Positions 58,796 to 64,000 of a DNA stretch of 64,000 nucleotides are shown piece after piece; position 1 is the stretch's first letter, and the number at the start of each line of letters is the position of its first letter. The stretch comes from an uncultured Gemmatimonadales bacterium. Its GTDB lineage: Bacteria; Gemmatimonadota; Gemmatimonadetes; Gemmatimonadales; Gemmatimonadaceae. Location: assembly GCA_963701965.1 (NCBI GenBank), contig OY969695.1, positions 4,160,001-4,224,000 of the forward strand, in the 5' to 3' direction. The position numbers and the translations under genes are program-made. A model generated the notes under the pieces. It was not told the origin of the DNA, searched no databases, and saw only the letters and a list, made by a program, of their open reading frames with translations.

Positions 58796-59506
58796 CTACG
58801 ACGCGTCGCCCCAGCCGCTCACCAGCAGCGCCCGCGTCTCGTCGACCGCGACCCGCCACAGCGCGGCGGTGTCCTCGTCGGATCGTTGATAGAGGCCGCC
58901 GTAGTTGCCGTCGCCAATGTACTGGCGGAGCGCGACTGGATCGAGGGTCCGCACCCGCGCCAGATCGACCATCGGTCGCTGGACCGCGGGCACCGCGACC
59001 GCCGGCAGCCGTGTCCAGGGAAAGTTCTCCATCCACGACCCGTGAGACGCTACGGGATCGATCTCCTGCACCTTGGCCCACGTGCGCGGCGCGTTCCACC
59101 AGTTGTGAAAGACCACGCGGCAGTCCGGGTGATCGGCGGCCCACTCCTGGGCAAAGGGTTGGGCGGCGCTGTTGCCGCCATGTCCGTTGACCATCAGAAT
59201 GCGGCGAAAACCGCTATGCGCCAGACCATCGAGGATGTCGCGGACGACGCGCAGGTGGGTGTCCACGCGGAGGGAGATGGACCCGGGGAAGGCCCGGAAG
59301 TACGGCGTGACGCCGTAGGCCACGACGGGAAACACCGGGATGCCCAGTGGCTCGGCGGCCTCCGCGGCGACCCGCTCCGGGAGGATGCAGTCGACGGTCA
59401 GGCGCAAAAAGCTGTGCTGTTCCGTGCTCCCGAGGGGCAGCACCGCGCGGTCGTCCCGCCGGAGGTACTCCTCGACCTGCATCCAGTTCATGTCGCCAAT
59501 GCGCAC
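58796..59506 (-). CDS. creatininase-family amidohydrolase
   Basis: PLGSTEQH, FPGSI, NGHGGN and HGSWME. Confidence 0.92.
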   Translation of the reverse strand: MRIGDMNWMQVEEYLRRDDRAVLPLGSTEQHSFLRLTVDCILPERVAAEAAEPLGIPVFPVVAYGVTPYFRAFPGSISLRVDTHLRVVRDILDGLAHSGFRRILMVNGHGGNSAAQPFAQEWAADHPDCRVVFHNWWNAPRTWAKVQEIDPVASHGSWMENFPWTRLPAVAVPAVQRPMVDLARVRTLDPVALRQYIGDGNYGGLYQRSDEDTAALWRVAVDETRALLVSGWGDAS

Positions 59507-59568
59507 GGCCCTCAATTTACCCGGGGAGGGGTGCTAGCGCCCGCCCGTACGCGGGGGTATTCTCGCGC

Positions 59569-61638
59569 ATGTTCCGCTACGGCTTCCTGCTTCTGATCGT
59601 GGCCACTGCCGCGTGTACCCGGCACGCCAATGCCCCCTCGCTCGTCGGCGACTGGGATGCCTATATCGCCGACGGGTCGGTCGCGCATCCCGGGTTCGAG
59701 GGTTGGCGGCGCCGGGGGTTCGCGCACTTCGCCACGAGCGACGCGGGGCCGGTCGGCTCGATCCGCCGGCGCACTGGCGAGCCGATCCTCGAGGTTATCG
59801 GGGTCGCGGTGCGCGCCGACTCGGTGATCTTGAACAGTGGTCCGGCGTCACTCGCGGCCGCTTGGCACGGCGACACCCTGACCGGCGTAATGCTGGCCGG
59901 TGGTGTGCCGCAGGGCCAGCGCCTGCGGCTCGTCCGCCGCGCCACGCCGTTCGTGGTCGAGCAGCCGTACCCGCTGTGGCCGGGTCCCGTATCGGACTCG
60001 CAGTATGCGGTCACCGAAGACACGCTCGTCTTCATGAAGACCCGGGATGGGGCGCGGCTCGCGAGCTACATCGCCCGCCCGGTCGGCCCAGGACCGTTCG
60101 GCGTGGTGCTCCAGCGCACGCCATACACGCGGATTCTGCATCCGGCGGGCCGGTATTGGGCGTCGCGGGGTTACATCTTCGTCGCCCAGCACGTGCGCGG
60201 CCGCGACGTGTCGGACGGCAACAACTTTGGCGACTACGACACCAATGTGCTGGACGGTTACGACGCCGTCGAGTGGGCGGCGCGGTTGCCCGGCGCCAAT
60301 GGGCGGGTGGGGTTGATCGGCCATTCCGACGAGGGGCGGCTCGCGTGGTACGCGGCCGTGAGCGCTCCGCCGCATCTCGCGGCCATCGCGCCGTCGGCGG
60401 CCTCCGGCGATCCCTGGCGCATCGTGCCGTACGAGGACATGGTGTTTTCCCCGATCAATGTGGCGTGGGCCTGTCTGATGCGCGCCCGCACCCTGGAGAA
60501 CATCAACGATCTCGATGTCGGCCCCGCGCTCGAGCACCTGCCGCTCTCCGCGTTACCGCGCGAACTCGGCTGCGGGGACGTGCCGCTCTGGGATCGGTGG
60601 ATCGCGCATCCCACCCTCAATGCCTATTGGCGCGCCCACGCGGTGACCACGAACATCGCCAAGATGCGGGCGCCCGTGCTGCAGATCTCGGGGTGGTACG
60701 ATGACTCTCGCGGGCCGATCGACTATACGAATGCGTTGAACAAGGTGCCGGGGCATCCCGCCATCCGCCTGGTCATGGGACCGGGCGCGCACAAAGGGGT
60801 CGATTACGTGACCGGCACGTTTGGGCCCGAATCGCGTGTCGACACGCGGCGGCTCCAACTCCGGTGGTTCGACCACTATCTGCTGGGGAAGGACAACGGT
60901 GTCGATCGGGAGCCGCCGGTCGACGTGTTCGTGTTCGGTAACGACAAGTGGCGGCAGGAAGCGGCGTGGCCGCTGGCCCGCGCCGTGCCGACGAATTGGT
61001 ACCTGACGTCCGGCGGCCGGGCGAACACGAGCACGGGCGACGGCGTGCTCGACACGGTGGCGCCGACCGCCGCCGCCGTTGCGGCCGACACGTTCACGTA
61101 CGACCCCGCGCACCCGACGCCCTTTCTCATCGATTCGCGCGAGCTCGAGACGTCGTTGAATGAAGACTACGCGGCGCTCAACGCCAGACGCGCCGACGCG
61201 TTGGTGTTCACGTCGCGGCCGTTCACGAAGCCGGTCGAGGTGACCGGGCCAATGTCGGCGACGCTGTGGGCGGCGACGGACGCCAAGGACACGGACTGGA
61301 ACGTCATGTTGCTCGACGTGTTTCCCGACGGGCATGCCGAGCGGGTGCAGGACGGCGTGGCGCGGGCGCGATTTCGGCGGGGGTTCGATCACGCCGAGTT
61401 GCTGACGCCGGGCAGCGTCGAGCGGTACGACATCGATCTCTGGTTCACGTCCCGCGTGTTCGAGCCCGGGCATCGCGTGCGGGTGGCCGTTTCGTCGGCA
61501 TTGTTCCCGAAGTACGATCGTAACCTCAATACCGGCGGTAACAACGAGCGCGACAGCACGTTCGTGGTTGCGCATCAACGGATCGTGCATGACGCGGCCC
61601 ACCCGTCGCACGTGGTGCTCCCGGTGATTCCGCGCTAG
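59569..61638 (+). CDS. CocE/NonD-family hydrolase (S15), lipoprotein with extra N-terminal domain
   Basis: Lipobox TAAC; RTPY, GHSDEG nucleophile elbow, GWYD, WFDHYL and FPKYDRN. Confidence 0.92.
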   Translation: MFRYGFLLLIVATAACTRHANAPSLVGDWDAYIADGSVAHPGFEGWRRRGFAHFATSDAGPVGSIRRRTGEPILEVIGVAVRADSVILNSGPASLAAAWHGDTLTGVMLAGGVPQGQRLRLVRRATPFVVEQPYPLWPGPVSDSQYAVTEDTLVFMKTRDGARLASYIARPVGPGPFGVVLQRTPYTRILHPAGRYWASRGYIFVAQHVRGRDVSDGNNFGDYDTNVLDGYDAVEWAARLPGANGRVGLIGHSDEGRLAWYAAVSAPPHLAAIAPSAASGDPWRIVPYEDMVFSPINVAWACLMRARTLENINDLDVGPALEHLPLSALPRELGCGDVPLWDRWIAHPTLNAYWRAHAVTTNIAKMRAPVLQISGWYDDSRGPIDYTNALNKVPGHPAIRLVMGPGAHKGVDYVTGTFGPESRVDTRRLQLRWFDHYLLGKDNGVDREPPVDVFVFGNDKWRQEAAWPLARAVPTNWYLTSGGRANTSTGDGVLDTVAPTAAAVAADTFTYDPAHPTPFLIDSRELETSLNEDYAALNARRADALVFTSRPFTKPVEVTGPMSATLWAATDAKDTDWNVMLLDVFPDGHAERVQDGVARARFRRGFDHAELLTPGSVERYDIDLWFTSRVFEPGHRVRVAVSSALFPKYDRNLNTGGNNERDSTFVVAHQRIVHDAAHPSHVVLPVIPR

Positions 61639-61673
61639 TATCCCACCATCTCCATCGGCTCAGGGAGGTTCGT

Positions 61674-61934
61674 ATGTGGCGATATGGATTGTCCGCAGTG
61701 GCAATGTTCGCTTTCACGGTATCCGCGGGCGCTCAGCAGTCGGCCCCACCGGCGCCTCAGACTCCGACGTCACCGGAAGCCCTGTACGTGATCGACGGGA
61801 CGATCGTGTACATCCAAAGCCCGGCACAGGCCGCAGAGGTTTCTGTACCGGCCCAGGCGCTGGGTTTCTACGTCATTGACGGGACGATCGTGTTTCCGAT
61901 CGTAGTTCCGGAGCCGCCGAAGTCATCGCCGTAA
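61674..61934 (+). CDS. small secreted protein with duplicated YVIDGTIV motif
   Basis: GGAGG ribosome-binding site; signal peptide; internal repeat. Confidence 0.7.
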   Translation: MWRYGLSAVAMFAFTVSAGAQQSAPPAPQTPTSPEALYVIDGTIVYIQSPAQAAEVSVPAQALGFYVIDGTIVFPIVVPEPPKSSP

Positions 61935-61938
61935 CGCG

Positions 61939-62202
61939 TTATCGGCGCAGGATCCAGGTCAACACGATCGCGGCGACGGTGGGCACAGCGAAAATGACGG
62001 CGTGGATGCGCAACTCTTCCATCGCCGGGTAGCCCGCGCGAAAGACCCCGACGTACCAGTCAATGATACAGAACACGAGCCACGCCGCGACGAACAGGTA
62101 GGCGGCGTTGGCCCGTGTCGCGCCATGGACGATGACAGGCGCGAGCTCGACCGTCGCGCCGAGGGCGACCAAGCCAATGAGGATGACGATCGCGGTGCGC
62201 AT
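61939..62202 (-). CDS. small three-TM membrane protein
   Basis: 87-aa hydrophobic ORF; GV..AGY...EE......FAVP pattern. Confidence 0.7.
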   Translation of the reverse strand: MRTAIVILIGLVALGATVELAPVIVHGATRANAAYLFVAAWLVFCIIDWYVGVFRAGYPAMEELRIHAVIFAVPTVAAIVLTWILRR

Positions 62203-62210
62203 GGCGTAGG

Positions 62211-62312
62211 CTAGCGGCGCCGAAGGTCGGCAACAATGCCTGCCACGAGGCCGACGAGCACGAGCAGTGCCGCCGCGGCCAGCGCGATCAGTACGCGGTT
62301 CGCGTTCTCCAT
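62211..62312 (-). CDS. putative 33-aa single-TM small protein
   Basis: Manual translation MENANRVLIALAAAALLVLVGLVAGIVADLRRR*; below the ORF-track size cutoff. Confidence 0.45.
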   Translation of the reverse strand: MENANRVLIALAAAALLVLVGLVAGIVADLRRR

Positions 62313-62406
62313 GACGAACGCGCCGTGCCGTGTATGGAACCCATTGAACGTGGCGACCGCGGCTGGCAGCGCGAGCACCTCGCCGCCGGCACGATCGGGT
62401 AGGGAA

Positions 62407-63174
62407 TTATGGACACGTGATCAACCAATCGGCGACGATCCACGCGGCACCCACCGCGGCCAGGTTGTACGCGTTCCCGCCCCAGGACACGTGGTCGTGA
62501 GGAGCGGCGATGATGAGCGGCGCCAGTACCAGTGCGCTAAAGACCAGGAGCATGATCCCGAGAAGTCGCGCCGCCAGGGCGTCGAGCACCCCCGAGACGA
62601 TCCCTAGACCGGCGAGCACGAACGCGATCCCCGTGAGAATCGTCCAGAAGCTCCCTCCCAGGGGCATCCACGCCGGAACCATCGGTGCGACATCCTGTAC
62701 GCCGGTCAGGTGCGCGAGGCCGAACGTGATCGTGCACAGTCCAAACGTCCATCGCGCGATGCGGGCTGCTCGCGGCGACCATGTCCCCGGCTGGGCCAGC
62801 GACGTATACACGATCGCGGCGGCGACGACCAGAATGAGCTGCTCGCCGACCTGGCCGAGCACCCCAATGTAAACGTTGATCTTGCGTCCCAGGAAGTGCG
62901 GCGCCGTGTAGAACCTCGGGAATGACGCAACGCCAAAGGCGCCGTAAATGATCGCCAGGGTCACGGCGCCGAATCGGCCCGTTCGGCGCGACAGCAGCGC
63001 CGCGCCGCCGGCGATCAGGCCGACGGCGGCAATGTACGCCATGACCGTCACGCCGGGAATGTGGTCGCCGAACGCCTGGATGGGTTAATGCGCCGGCTCG
63101 AACTCGCCCCAGACGAGGTCCATGATGCCGGCGGCGATCGAGGCGATGCCCAGTACATATATGCCGATGTCCAT
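62407..63174 (-). pseudogene. DoxX-like membrane protein with in-frame TAA at 63085-63087
   Basis: MDIGIY...WGEFEPAH*PIQAFGDHIPG continues in frame to FGLAH and MVPAWMP. Confidence 0.75.
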
Positions 63175-63214
63175 GCGCGACCCTAATGACCGACCCCGCC
63201 GCGGTCAAGAGGTG

Positions 63215-63305
63215 CGGCGCGACGCCAAGCACGGTCGCCAGGTCGCGATCAAGGTGTTGCATTCCGAGCTCGCCATGTCGCTCGGCCGCGAGCCCTTCCG
63301 CCGGG
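63215..63305 (+). pseudogene. short remnant of a Hanks-type Ser/Thr kinase N-lobe
   Basis: RDAKHGRQVAIKVLHSELAMSLGREPFRR contains the VAIK motif and alphaC region; rest of the kinase absent. Confidence 0.6.
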
Positions 63306-63329
63306 ATCTTGGGGGCCGGGGGCGCCTGA

Positions 63330-64000
63330 TCAGCGGTTCGCGGTGAGGCCGGCGAGTGGTAGCATCCACACGTTGCCGTGGCCGTTGTCCCACAGCGTCA
63401 GGCGCGCGACGTCGCGTTGTGCTTGTTCGCGCGATCGCGGGAACGTGACGGGTATACTGCGGTTGCTCGAGAAATAGAGCGTGTGTTGGTCCGGACTCAA
63501 TCGAGCTTCGTTGTCATCGATGCCGGAGGCATCATCGCCGGCGTACTGAAGCGGCGTCACCGGTCCCCAGTCAGCGCCCTGCTTGTGCACGATGAACAGG
63601 TGCTCGTGCGAGTCTGGCGGCACGCGTCGGCCGGAGCTACTGAACACGAGAAACGACTCATCCGGCGCGATCTCGGGATCGACGTCGCCCTGGGTGCCAT
63701 CGCTGAACGGGAGCGGGGTGGCCCCCTGATATGTGCCGCGGTCGTTCTGCGATCGATACAGTCGGAACGTCGTGCCGGTGGCGGTCTTGTCGATCACGAA
63801 GAAGTAGATGCTGCCATCGCGGGCGACGGTCGGCTTGTATACCCGGTTACTGATATTCACCGCGTCGGGTAACCGCACCGGCTCACTCCAGCCGCCGGAT
63901 ACGCGGTTCACGCGCCAGAAGCCGGCGATCTTGTCGCGGCGGGAGACGAAGACCAGAAACGACCCATCGGGCGCCATCGCCGGCTGCATGTCTGACCATT
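63330..64000 (-). CDS. TolB-like/PD40 beta-propeller protein (5' end outside window)
   Basis: Repeats PAMAPDGSFLVF, PEIAPDESFLVFSS and LSPDQHTLYFSSNR. Confidence 0.85.
   Translation of the reverse strand, partial: WSDMQPAMAPDGSFLVFVSRRDKIAGFWRVNRVSGGWSEPVRLPDAVNISNRVYKPTVARDGSIYFFVIDKTATGTTFRLYRSQNDRGTYQGATPLPFSDGTQGDVDPEIAPDESFLVFSSSGRRVPPDSHEHLFIVHKQGADWGPVTPLQYAGDDASGIDDNEARLSPDQHTLYFSSNRSIPVTFPRSREQAQRDVARLTLWDNGHGNVWMLPLAGLTANR

Noticed and set aside
1..64000. CRISPR array, rRNA, IS elements or prophage
   Set aside because: No regularly spaced direct repeats, rRNA-like tracts, or transposase, integrase or phage structural motifs were seen; the many long alternative-frame ORFs are high-GC shadows.

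Overview
High-GC (roughly 68-70% by eye) bacterial chromosomal segment, probably Gemmatimonadota. This is inferred from gene content: an ADOP-type permease, Gemmatimonas-like small hypotheticals, many secreted hydrolases and diderm envelope proteins. It is dense with catabolic and accessory genes: a DUF1080/GMC/Gfo-Idh-MocA glycoside-oxidation operon, a sugar-type ABC transporter coupled to a PQQ dehydrogenase with the lanthanide-type Asp and a cytochrome c, a hydroxyproline cluster, RhaEW, several amidases and peptidases, and a creatininase/KPR/SDR/M20 operon. The strongest signal is non-coding: a tRNA-Lys(UUU) gene (6483-6807) split after nucleotide 34 by a 252-nt Azoarcus-like (IC3-type) group I intron whose helices can be read from the sequence. 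Also seen are six +1 frameshifts (four at an identical CATC>CATTC site), one in-frame nonsense codon, several gene remnants, a lower-GC insert at about 45.15-46.43 kb, and TAnnnT hexamers just upstream of many start codons, suggesting leaderless mRNAs. No CRISPR array, rRNA, integrase or transposase was recognised. All product calls come from motif recognition by eye; no database searches were run.
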